From positions 1-61,356 of the forward strand of contig JAYUUN010000010.1 of assembly GCA_043754535.1 (NCBI GenBank): a DNA stretch of 61,356 bases, in the 5' to 3' direction. Both the position numbers and the translations under genes were made by a program. Shown here in pieces: positions 36,545-45,345 of this stretch; position 1 is the stretch's first letter, and every line of letters begins with the position of its first letter. Origin of the DNA: Chloroflexota bacterium. Its GTDB lineage: Bacteria; Chloroflexota; Chloroflexia; QHBQ01. The notes under the pieces are model-generated. The model was not told the origin of the DNA, searched no databases, and saw only the letters and a list, made by a program, of their open reading frames with translations.

Positions 36545-37813
36545 TTAACGGTCTACTTCGCCCAGCACGATGTCAATGCTGCCGATCACCGCCACCAGGT
36601 CGGCGATCATCTCGCCCTCGGCCATGTGTGGGATTGCGCCCAGGTTGATGAAGCTGGGGGCGCGCACGTGAACGCGGTAAGGGATGCTGCCACCGCGACT
36701 GACGATGTAGTAGCCAAGCTCACCCTTTGGCGACTCGATCCCAGCGTAAATCTCGCCAGCGGGGGCGGTGAAGCCCTTGAGGGTAATGATGAAGTGGCGT
36801 TGCATTGCCTCAATGCTGCTCATCGTTGCGTCGCGGGAGGGGATGGCGATGTGTACATCATCGGTCATCACTGGGCCGTCGGGCATTTGGTCTAGGGCCT
36901 GGCGGATGATGCGGAGGCTCTGGTTCATCTCCTCCATGCGGCAAAGGAAGCGGTCATATACGTCGCCAGTAGTACCCAGCGGCACGTCAAACTCCATGCG
37001 GTCGTAGGCATCATAAGGTGCTGCCTTCCGCACGTCGTAGTTCACGCCGCTGCCGCGTAGGCTGGCCCCAGTCAGGCCGAAGCTAATTGCGTCCTCAGCA
37101 CTGATCACGCCAATGCCCTTGATGCGGCGCAGGAAGATCGGGTTCTCGGCCAGCAGGCCGTTGTACTCGGCAAGGTGGGCGGGCATCCCATCAATGAACT
37201 CGCGTACCTTCTCCTTGAAGATCGGCGGCACATCCTGGGGCAGGCCGCCCACGCGCAGAGCATTGAGGGTCAGGCGTGCGCCGCAGTAGCTCTCAAAGAT
37301 GTCGAGGATCGCCTCGCGCTCCCGCATGGAGTAGAGGAAGACGGTGATTGCCCCAATATCCATCACGTGGGTGCCGAGCCAGAGCAGGTGGCTGGCGATA
37401 CGCTGCAATTCGGCCAGCACCACGCGGATGTACTTGGCTCGCTCTGGCACCGTCACCCCCAGCAGCTTCTCTACCGCGATCACAAAAGCCTGCTCGCTAG
37501 TGAAGGCTGCAATGTAGTCCATACGGTCAGTGTAGGGGATAAACTGGTTGTAGAACATACTCTCGCCCAGCTTCTCCATGCCACGGTGCAGGTAGCCAGG
37601 GTCTGGGGTGATCTTGGTGACGATTTCGCCCTCAAGGTCGATCAGCAGGCGCAGTACCCCATGCGTGCTGGGGTGTTGCGGCCCCATGTTGAGGGTCACT
37701 TCCTGCTTGAAGATGTCGTGCTGTGCGTCCACTATCTGCCGCTGGTCGTTGGGGCTGGGCATTAGCCCATAGCCCGCCAGTTCGTTCGTACTCTCCTCAA
37801 TGCTCCTGGACAT
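36545..37813 (-). CDS. nuoD: NADH-quinone oxidoreductase subunit D
   Basis: NMGPQHPSTHGVLRL, GYLHRGMEK, DIVLGEVDR. Confidence 0.97.
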   Translation of the reverse strand: MSRSIEESTNELAGYGLMPSPNDQRQIVDAQHDIFKQEVTLNMGPQHPSTHGVLRLLIDLEGEIVTKITPDPGYLHRGMEKLGESMFYNQFIPYTDRMDYIAAFTSEQAFVIAVEKLLGVTVPERAKYIRVVLAELQRIASHLLWLGTHVMDIGAITVFLYSMREREAILDIFESYCGARLTLNALRVGGLPQDVPPIFKEKVREFIDGMPAHLAEYNGLLAENPIFLRRIKGIGVISAEDAISFGLTGASLRGSGVNYDVRKAAPYDAYDRMEFDVPLGTTGDVYDRFLCRMEEMNQSLRIIRQALDQMPDGPVMTDDVHIAIPSRDATMSSIEAMQRHFIITLKGFTAPAGEIYAGIESPKGELGYYIVSRGGSIPYRVHVRAPSFINLGAIPHMAEGEMIADLVAVIGSIDIVLGEVDR

Positions 37814-37870
37814 TGTCGCTCTCCTTAGTTAGCCAGCCACAAGCTCTGCGCCTGCTCCAGCTTTGCATGG

Positions 37871-38386
37871 TTAGTGGTAGCCCTCCAGCGGGTAATCCTT
37901 GCGTAGGGGGTAGCCCTCCCAGTCCTCTGGCAACAAGATGCGCCGCAAGCCCTGATGGCCGACGAACTTGATGCCTAGCATATCGTATGCTTCCTTCTCC
38001 TGGAAGTAGGCCGCGTGCCAGAGCAGGGTCACCGAAGGCATTGGCTCATCCTCACCCACGCGCGCCTTCACTCGAATGTGCTGGTTGTACGGTAGCGAGT
38101 ATAGCTGGTAGATTACCTCGAAACGTTGTTCGCGCTCAGGGTAGTCACAGCCAGTCATGTCCTTCATCATGTTATAGCGTAGGTCGGGGTCATCGCGCAG
38201 AAAGGTGCAGACTTCGATCACCTTGTCCTTCGGGATCAGCACGGTGATCTCGCCCCGAAAGTAGATCACTTCCTCCACCAGGCCGGGGAACTTCTCGGCC
38301 AGCTTACGCACCGCCAGAGCCTCGATCTCCTGGCTAATGCTGTCAGCGGTCGCGCTACCCGGCTTCTCTTGCTGCTTGTCGTCCAT
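37871..38386 (-). CDS. nuoC: NADH-quinone oxidoreductase subunit C
   Basis: EKEAYDMLGIKFVGH, WEGYPLRKDYP. Confidence 0.95.
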   Translation of the reverse strand: MDDKQQEKPGSATADSISQEIEALAVRKLAEKFPGLVEEVIYFRGEITVLIPKDKVIEVCTFLRDDPDLRYNMMKDMTGCDYPEREQRFEVIYQLYSLPYNQHIRVKARVGEDEPMPSVTLLWHAAYFQEKEAYDMLGIKFVGHQGLRRILLPEDWEGYPLRKDYPLEGYH

Positions 38387-38413
38387 CTTACCCCTCCCAT
38401 TGCATCAGCGGTG

Positions 38414-38926
38414 TCAGGCAGCGACCTTGCGCCCCTCCACATCCACGGTGGTCTTGGCGATAGTATCGCGCTTGATCTTTTCCATCAGCTTGAGGATGCC
38501 GAAGCTCTGCGCCTCCGGGGTGGGTGGGCAGCCGGGTACGTAAATGTCCACCGGCACGATCTCGTCGATGCCCTGCACGGTGGCGTAGGTGGGGAAGGGG
38601 CCGCCGCTGGTCGCGCAGTTGCCCATTGCGATTACCCAGCGTGGCTCGGCCATCTGGTCGTAGATGGTGCGCACGACGTTCGCCATCTTGTACGTCACTG
38701 TGCCAGAAACCAGCATCACGTCCGATTGGCGCGGGCTGAAGCGGTAGAGCATCCCATAGCGTTCGAGGAAGTCGTAGCGGCTGATGCCAACCGCCATCGT
38801 CTCAATTGCGCAGCAGGCGGTACCGAGGATCAGCGGCCAGAGGCTGCTGGTGCGCGCCCAGTTAAAGAGGAAGTCCACCGTTGTGGTGATCAAACCCGGC
38901 TTGAAGCGATCATTGATCAAAGCCAT
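38414..38926 (-). CDS. nuoB: NADH-quinone oxidoreductase subunit B
   Basis: [24 protein letters not shown]. Confidence 0.96.
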   Translation of the reverse strand: MALINDRFKPGLITTTVDFLFNWARTSSLWPLILGTACCAIETMAVGISRYDFLERYGMLYRFSPRQSDVMLVSGTVTYKMANVVRTIYDQMAEPRWVIAMGNCATSGGPFPTYATVQGIDEIVPVDIYVPGCPPTPEAQSFGILKLMEKIKRDTIAKTTVDVEGRKVAA

Positions 38927-39020
38927 CTGCTTGCTCCTTCAATCCCTACCATAGTGGGGCGATGCTGCCCCAGCCCTGTCAAGTTGGACCCTACCCCTGG
39001 GTGGGCAAGTACAATATTGG

Positions 39021-39386
39021 TTACGAAATCCAGTCGAGCGCACCCTTGCGCCAGGCGTAGGCATAGCCGACCAGCAGTAGCGCAATAAAGAGGAACATCT
39101 CTACCAGCCCGAACCAGCCCAGGGCATTGAAGGCCACTGCCCAGGGGTAGAGGAAGACCGCCTCAATGTCGAAGACTACGAATAGCATTGCCACCAGGTA
39201 GTAGCGCACGGTGTATCGTTGCTGGGCCGAGCCGATCTGGGGCATACCGCTCTCGTAGGGGGTCAGCTTCTCCGCGTAGGGGTTCTTGGGGCGGAACAGT
39301 GCGCCGAGGGTGACGATCACGATGCCCAACCCGCCCACGATCAGGGCAAAGATGCCGATGCTTACGTAATCTGACGGGTTCTGCAT
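39021..39386 (-). CDS. nuoA: NADH-quinone oxidoreductase subunit A
   Basis: KLTPYESG, FVVFDIEAVFLYPWA, WRKGALDW. Confidence 0.96.
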   Translation of the reverse strand: MQNPSDYVSIGIFALIVGGLGIVIVTLGALFRPKNPYAEKLTPYESGMPQIGSAQQRYTVRYYLVAMLFVVFDIEAVFLYPWAVAFNALGWFGLVEMFLFIALLLVGYAYAWRKGALDWIS

Positions 39387-39418
39387 GGCTAGCTCCTCTC
39401 GGTTATCGGCTCATTTGT

Positions 39419-39477
39419 TTGTGACAGGAAGCACAATCTTTCCTCGTGATTATACCACAAACCGGGCAGGCTGTCTA
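39419..39477 (-). promoter_or_regulatory. nuo operon promoter with downstream Rex-like box
   Basis: Minus strand TAGACA, 17 bp, TGG-TATAAT; TTGTGACAGGAAGCACAA at 39419-39436. Confidence 0.6.
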
Positions 39478-39633
39478 TAGGGGATGCGGCTACGATAGCC
39501 ATAACCTCAGCCTATACCTAGCATTGTATGTGCCTACGCTTGCGGGCAACTTGCCAACCTAGCTGCTGCTGCGCTCTATGTTATAGCAGGTGTAGGGTCG
39601 GCGAGGGGGTGCAGCAGGTTGGTAGCAAGGCAG

Positions 39634-40836
39634 CTAGCGGCTTGGCCCGACGGTTAGTAGATGAGTTGTGTATGGGTAGATAGCTGCTGTTGGCCCAGGC
39701 CGCCCCCACCGCCGGGCTAACTCCCGTGGCCTCTCCCACTCGCCGGTGGTGATGCGCTCGAAGGGCTGACGGCTGCTCTCTGCCGTGCTGCCGTTAGCGG
39801 CTGGCGGCGTGGCCGGGGGGGTGTGCTGCTGCTGGATGGCGGCCAACAACTCGCCTCGGCTGGCGGCCAAATCCTCGCGCAGCTTCTGCACCTCAAGCTC
39901 GGCGCGCTTGCTGCGATAGAGTACCTCCTCGGTGATCCGCCGATTGGCAGCGGTCACGTCGGCCAGCAGCCCAAATAGGAAGATGATGATGCCTAGCATG
40001 AACGCCGTGGTGCCGAAGATGGTGGATTGCAGGTGGCGGTCGCTTTCTGGGTGATTGAAGAAGTACCAGTAGGCGAAACGCCCGATGTAGAAGCCGCCAA
40101 TCAGCAGGAAGGCGAAGGAGAAGTAGGAGAATATCTTGAACGGCTCGTAGAGGGTGTAGATACGCACTATCGTGCTGATCTGCTTCTTGAGGAAGTCACT
40201 GGTGCTACGCATCAGGCGGCTAGGGCGCGTCACCTCGTTGGTGATGATTGGGATGTCGGCAATCGCCAGGTTCTTCTTGCCTGCCTGGATGATCGTCTCG
40301 GTGGTATAGGTGTAGTTGGTGATCACGTTTAGTTGCAGGGCGGCCTCGCGGCTGAAGGCGCGGAAGCCGCTCACTGCGTCTGGCACGTTGGTATTGGAGA
40401 CGCGGCGCACGACCCAGCTACCAAACTTCTGCAACTGCTTCTTCAGTGGGCTGAAATGCTCGATCTGCTGCACCTGTCGGTTGCCGATTACCATGTCTGC
40501 CTCGTGGCGCAGGATAGGGGCGATCAGGTTGCCGATCTCCTGCTGGGGGTACTGGTTGTCGCCGTCGGTGTTGACGATCACATCCGCCCCACGTCGCAGG
40601 CAGGCGTTCAGCCCCGTCTGGAAGGCCGCCGCCAACCCTTTATTGCCCACGTGCCGTATTACATAGGTCACGCCCAGTTCGTGGGCCACGGCCACCGTGC
40701 GGTCACGGCTGCCGTCGTCGATCACCAGCGTCTCGATCACATCCACGCCAGGGAGCGTCTTTGGGATGTCGCGCATCACCATCGGCAACGTTTCTTCTTC
40801 GTTATAACAGGGAATCTGGATGATCAGCTTAACCAC
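39634..40836 (-). CDS. GT2 glycosyltransferase (DPM1-like) with C-terminal TM helices
   Basis: IQIPCYNEE, IDDGSRD, NTDGDNQY, SGFRA. Confidence 0.9.
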   Translation of the reverse strand: MVKLIIQIPCYNEEETLPMVMRDIPKTLPGVDVIETLVIDDGSRDRTVAVAHELGVTYVIRHVGNKGLAAAFQTGLNACLRRGADVIVNTDGDNQYPQQEIGNLIAPILRHEADMVIGNRQVQQIEHFSPLKKQLQKFGSWVVRRVSNTNVPDAVSGFRAFSREAALQLNVITNYTYTTETIIQAGKKNLAIADIPIITNEVTRPSRLMRSTSDFLKKQISTIVRIYTLYEPFKIFSYFSFAFLLIGGFYIGRFAYWYFFNHPESDRHLQSTIFGTTAFMLGIIIFLFGLLADVTAANRRITEEVLYRSKRAELEVQKLREDLAASRGELLAAIQQQHTPPATPPAANGSTAESSRQPFERITTGEWERPRELARRWGRPGPTAAIYPYTTHLLTVGPSR

Positions 40837-40895
40837 AATCTCGCCTTCCCAGCACTCGCGTGCATGAACAGCAGACAGAGCAACCCCCGCCTACT

Positions 40896-40924
40896 ATTCT
40901 ACAATTGCGGGCGGCAAAGGTCAA
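40896..40924 (-). promoter_or_regulatory. Sigma70-type promoter of the GT2 gene
   Basis: Minus strand TTGACC, 17 bp, TAGAAT. Confidence 0.5.
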
Positions 40925-41041
40925 GCAAGCGCGGGAAGATGCGGCAGAGTGGGCTTAAGCTGGCAGTAGCCGTTACTTGGGCCAGGTGAAGCAGAAGAAT
41001 TGCGCCCCACACAAAGTTAGACCCTCCCAGGCAGCCCACTA

Positions 41042-41746
41042 TCAGGCCTGGGCTGCCTGCTGCTCGGCCTCCTGAGCCTCCTGCTCACCCTCGGTATTGG
41101 CTGGTTCAGCCTTGCCTGCCGCCTCAAGCTGCTGGCGGTATTCAAGGTTGGGGTCGTAGTAGCTTATCTCTGGTGCAGCCGTGGGGCTGTGGAAGACCAG
41201 GCGGCTGACGCTGCCCTTCATTGGGTAGTTGGGTTCGCGGATGCTCGCCCGCGTCAACTCTACCCCTTCGAGGCCGCGCCGTAGGATCATGGTCGGGTCG
41301 CCGTGGCTGACGAAGGCGATCTCCTGCCCGGCGTGGCGAGCCACCAGGTCGCGGGTAGCAGCCAGCATTCGAGCATAGATGTCGGTGATGCTCTCGTCCT
41401 CATCCGCCGCCTTCGGCTCGTAGAAGTTGATCTTACCCGCTTCGAGATCGGGCAGCGAACCGCCGCGCCAGCTGGTCTTCACCTCGTGCAGCCGCTCGTC
41501 CTGCACTACCGGGGTGGGCGGGTGCTGCGCCCAGCCAATGATGTCTGCCGTCATGCGGGCGCGCAGCAGTGGGCTGACATAGATCGTGTGCAGGCGGGCC
41601 ACCTGCGCCAGGTAGAGCGCGCTGTTCTGCGCCTCTTGCAGGCCAACCCCGCTCAGGCGGTAGCGTGGCAGCCGCTCGTAGATAACCTTCTCTGGGTTAT
41701 GCACGTCGGCATGGCGAACCAGATAGAGGGTAGTAGGAGTATCTAT
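41042..41746 (-). CDS. Histidine phosphatase family protein (probable ATA start)
   Basis: LYLVRHAD upstream of the first canonical start; SPLLRARMTA; VSHGD. Confidence 0.8.
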   Translation of the reverse strand: MDTPTTLYLVRHADVHNPEKVIYERLPRYRLSGVGLQEAQNSALYLAQVARLHTIYVSPLLRARMTADIIGWAQHPPTPVVQDERLHEVKTSWRGGSLPDLEAGKINFYEPKAADEDESITDIYARMLAATRDLVARHAGQEIAFVSHGDPTMILRRGLEGVELTRASIREPNYPMKGSVSRLVFHSPTAAPEISYYDPNLEYRQQLEAAGKAEPANTEGEQEAQEAEQQAAQA

Positions 41747-41784
41747 AGCAACCTTTCCTCTGGGAGCAGCTTGCTCCCCGTCCC

Positions 41785-42120
41785 TTACTTGATCAAGAAA
41801 CCGCCAACGATGATCCCTGCGATGGCGAACATAAAGATGAAGGAGTTTAGCACCTTGCTTTCCAGGCCGTCGCTAAACTGGTAGCCAGTAGAGCGCACGG
41901 TGCCGAGGCCAACATTGAAGTAGGGAGCGAGGATGCCGTTCAGCAGCCAGCCCACTGCCGCCCCGGCCACCGCTGCCAGCGCACGCCAGCCGAAACGGTA
42001 GAGGTTGTTCAGGCCCAGGTTGTCGCGGTCGAACAGCAGCGTCCAGAGCGCAGCGACGACCAGGCTGGTGACGATGATCCGCACGATGGGCGGGCGGGGC
42101 TTCTTCTGCTCTACACTCAC
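41785..42120 (-). CDS. Hypothetical membrane protein (about 3 TM)
   Basis: Hydrophobic 111-aa ORF with RBS GAGGTG. Confidence 0.65.
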   Translation of the reverse strand: MSVEQKKPRPPIVRIIVTSLVVAALWTLLFDRDNLGLNNLYRFGWRALAAVAGAAVGWLLNGILAPYFNVGLGTVRSTGYQFSDGLESKVLNSFIFMFAIAGIIVGGFLIK

Positions 42121-42250
42121 GCTTGCACCTCTTGGCAGGATATTAGTTTAGCTCGAAGTCAGAGAACCTTGCCAGCTACGAAACAGTGTTCTTCAACTGG
42201 TTGACGCTGCACTCGTCCGCTGCAACCGTAAAATCGTACACTTCGCCGCG

Positions 42251-42303
42251 ATTATAGCACACGCTTGCGCGGTTTGACAAAAGCAGGCCACTTGGCCTAC
42301 AAT
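42251..42303. promoter_or_regulatory. Divergent sigma70-type promoters
   Basis: Plus strand TTGACA, 18 bp, TACAAT (42274-42303); minus strand TGTGCTATAAT (-10 at 42256-42251). Confidence 0.5.
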
Positions 42304-42354
42304 GGGCTGTAAGCTGGTGCGCACCCCGCACGAGGAGAGGAATACAGGGCAAAG

Positions 42355-45309
42355 ATGAATATATCCTTCAGCAATCCCTGGGGGCTGCTCCTGCTCGCCG
42401 CCCTGCCACTGTTCTGGTGGATCGCCCGCGATGGTCTACGCTATATGCGTCCGCTCCGTCGCTGGCTCACCCTCAGCCTGCGGCTGCTGCTCGTCGCCCT
42501 GCTGGTAGTCTCCTTCGCGGGTATCCAGGCGGTGCAGGCAGTCAACAACCTCGCGGTCGTCTTCCTGCTCGACCGCTCGGACAGCCTGCCAGCGGCAGCC
42601 CAGGCCCAACAACTGGTCTTCCTCAATCGGGCAATGGCCCAACTCAGCCCAGCAGACCGCGCCGCCGTCGTCGTCTTCGCCCAGGAGGCGATGGTTGAAC
42701 GCCCGCTGACCGCCCCCGCCCCGCTAGCGGAGGTCAAGAGCCAGCCTCATCCCTACTACACCGACCTTGCTGCCGCCGTGCGCCTTGGCACCGCCCTGTT
42801 CCCCGCCGCCAGCCAAAAGCGGATCGTAGTCCTCAGCGACGGCAACGAGAACCTGGATAGCGCGTTGGAGGCCGCCCAGCTTGCAGCCAGCAATGGCATC
42901 GCCTTCAGCGCAGTCAACTTCGCCCCACAGCGTAGCGCAGACAGCAGCGAAGTGTCGGTTGAAGACCTGACTGCCCCACCAAGCGTGCGTCAGGGCGAGC
43001 AGTTTAGCCTCAATGTTGTGGTCAACAGTACGCGCAAGCAGCCCGCCCGCCTCTCCATCCTGCGTGGCGAGCAACTGATTCGGGTCAGCCCAGTTGAACT
43101 GAATGTGGGCCGCAACACCTTTCGCCAGGAAGTGACGGTCGCACAGAAGGGGCTGGCGACCTTCCGCGTGCAGATCGCCACCGACGTGGGCGGCGACACT
43201 GTGGCCCAGAACAACAGCTACTCTGCCTTCAGCTTTGTGCAAGGCAACCCCAGCGTGCTGCTGGTCAGCAACCAGGCCAGCCAGTCGCGCCCACTACTGA
43301 TAGCTCTCCGTGCGGCTGGCATCGAGGCGAGGGCAGTCACAGCGGCCTTCTGCCCCCCGACCGTGACCGAACTCGCCAGTTTCGACGCGATAGTGCTGGA
43401 CAATGTGGCCGCCGACACCCTGCCCGCTGGCGCAGCAGAGGCAATCCAGAGCTATGTGCGCGATCTAGGGCGTGGCCTGATCGCCCTCGGTGGCGACGAG
43501 AGTTTCGCCCTCGGCGGCTACTTCCGCAGCCCGCTGGAAGACACGCTGCCGATCAACATGAACCTACCCAATAGAATGTCCGAGGCCAACACTGCCGTGA
43601 TGTTGGTGATCGACCACTCTGGTAGCATGGATGAGCGGACGACGACCGGCGCACGCAAGATGGACCTTGCTATCGAAGCAGCCAAGCAAGCGGTTGCCAA
43701 CCTCGGCGTGGATGACGTGCTGGGGGTGATTGCCTTCGACAACGACCACTACAATGTTGTGCGCCTGCGCCCAGTGGACGATGCAGTGGCGATCCAGCAG
43801 GCGATCAGCACGATCAACGTCGCTGGTGGCACCAATATGTGGGGCGCACTCAACCCGGCGATTGACGCTCTCGGCGAGGCCGCCGCCAAGTCCAAGACGA
43901 TCATCCTGCTAACCGACGGCATCTCCGACCCCGGCGACGTGGCGGTGACTGGCAAGGCAGCCTTTGACGCGGGTATCACGATCACCACCATCGGCCTGGG
44001 CGACTTCATCGACAAGCCAACCCTGGAAGAACTCTCGCGGCGCACGGGCGGTCGCTTCTACCAGTCTACTAGCGGCAACGATCTGCCCAAAATCTTCACC
44101 AAAGAGACGCGCATGGCCGCCCGCAGCTACCTGAACGAGCGACCCTTCACCCCCGCCCTGGTTGGGGTCAGCCCTATCATGCGGGGGTTGACCGGCCAGC
44201 CGCTGCCCCGGCTCTACGGCTATGTGGGCAGCAGTGTCAAGCCGCTCGCCAGCCTGATCCTCGCCTCGGACAATGGCGACCCGATCCTGGCCGCCTGGCA
44301 GTATGGCCTGGGTCGCGCTGTGGCCTGGACGAGCGATGGGCATGGGCAGTGGGCGGCAGACTGGGTGACGTGGCCGCAGTTCAGCACCTTCTGGTCGCAG
44401 GCGGTGCGCTGGACTATGCCGGGTCAGGCGGCCACTTCCCTCCAACCGCTGGTTGCTATCAACGACAACAGCGGCCATGTGCAGGTTGATGCGTTGGGCG
44501 GCACAGGCTACCTCAACAACCTTGAGGTGAACGCTAGCGTAGTTGGCCCCGACCGCCTGACCGACACCGTGACCCTGCGCCAGAGTGCGCCGGGCCGTTA
44601 CGAAGCCGACTTCCCACTGCGCGGCGAAGGGGTCTACCTGGTAGGGGTGCGGGCGGGCGGCATAGTTGCTAGCAGCGTGACAGTTAGTGGCACGCAGGTG
44701 CAGCGCAGTACTGCCTTCAGCGAGACTCAGACCCTCGGCCTCGCTGTTCCCTACTCACCTGAATACCGCCAGAGCGGCGGCAACGAGAGCTTCTTGCGCC
44801 GCCTGATCAGCCTCGGCCTGCCCAACCTGCAAGCAGGTGCGCCCAGTCAACTGCTGCTCAACCCTGGTGACGACCCTGCCCCGCTCGCTGCCCACAACCT
44901 GAAGGCGCAGGCTAGCAGCAGCGACCTTTGGCCTTACACCCTTGCCGCCGCCATCCTGTTGCTGCCGCTTGATGTGGGGGTACGCCGGGTGGCGGTCGGC
45001 CTCAGCGAACTGGAGAACTGGTTCAACCGCCGTCGCCGCCGCCGCCAGCCAGTCACAGTTGGGGTCAGCGACGGCACCGCCCTCTTTGCGGCCAAGCAAA
45101 GAGCGGGGCAGCGCACCCGTGCCAGCAGTGCCAGCAGCACCGCGCAATCCCTCCCCACCAATCTGGTGGAAAGAGCCAATGTGCCGCTTGACAAGGATAG
45201 TACAATAAGGCTAGCGAACCAGTCCGGCAACGCTACGCCCCCCGATGCCAGTGGGGAGAGCCTGAGCAGCCAACTGCTCCGCAATCAGCAGGAGCGACGG
45301 CGGGATTGA
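42355..45309 (+). CDS. Membrane protein with two VWA domains and a glutamine-amidotransferase-like domain
   Basis: BatA-like N-terminus FSNPWGLLLL; MIDAS motifs DRSDS and DHSGS; LSDG/LTDG; WQYGLGRAVAWTSD; C-terminal TM. Confidence 0.85.
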   Translation: MNISFSNPWGLLLLAALPLFWWIARDGLRYMRPLRRWLTLSLRLLLVALLVVSFAGIQAVQAVNNLAVVFLLDRSDSLPAAAQAQQLVFLNRAMAQLSPADRAAVVVFAQEAMVERPLTAPAPLAEVKSQPHPYYTDLAAAVRLGTALFPAASQKRIVVLSDGNENLDSALEAAQLAASNGIAFSAVNFAPQRSADSSEVSVEDLTAPPSVRQGEQFSLNVVVNSTRKQPARLSILRGEQLIRVSPVELNVGRNTFRQEVTVAQKGLATFRVQIATDVGGDTVAQNNSYSAFSFVQGNPSVLLVSNQASQSRPLLIALRAAGIEARAVTAAFCPPTVTELASFDAIVLDNVAADTLPAGAAEAIQSYVRDLGRGLIALGGDESFALGGYFRSPLEDTLPINMNLPNRMSEANTAVMLVIDHSGSMDERTTTGARKMDLAIEAAKQAVANLGVDDVLGVIAFDNDHYNVVRLRPVDDAVAIQQAISTINVAGGTNMWGALNPAIDALGEAAAKSKTIILLTDGISDPGDVAVTGKAAFDAGITITTIGLGDFIDKPTLEELSRRTGGRFYQSTSGNDLPKIFTKETRMAARSYLNERPFTPALVGVSPIMRGLTGQPLPRLYGYVGSSVKPLASLILASDNGDPILAAWQYGLGRAVAWTSDGHGQWAADWVTWPQFSTFWSQAVRWTMPGQAATSLQPLVAINDNSGHVQVDALGGTGYLNNLEVNASVVGPDRLTDTVTLRQSAPGRYEADFPLRGEGVYLVGVRAGGIVASSVTVSGTQVQRSTAFSETQTLGLAVPYSPEYRQSGGNESFLRRLISLGLPNLQAGAPSQLLLNPGDDPAPLAAHNLKAQASSSDLWPYTLAAAILLLPLDVGVRRVAVGLSELENWFNRRRRRRQPVTVGVSDGTALFAAKQRAGQRTRASSASSTAQSLPTNLVERANVPLDKDSTIRLANQSGNATPPDASGESLSSQLLRNQQERRRD

Positions 45310-45345
45310 GCAAGCTCGCTGAAAACGGGGAAGGAAGAGGCATAG

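Noticed and set aside
42180..42194. GAAACAGTGTTC as a second LexA box
   Set aside because: One half-site is mismatched and it lies ahead of a small membrane gene with no SOS link.
45188..45206. TTGACA...TACAAT inside the VWA gene as a promoter
   Set aside because: The spacing is only 7 bp.
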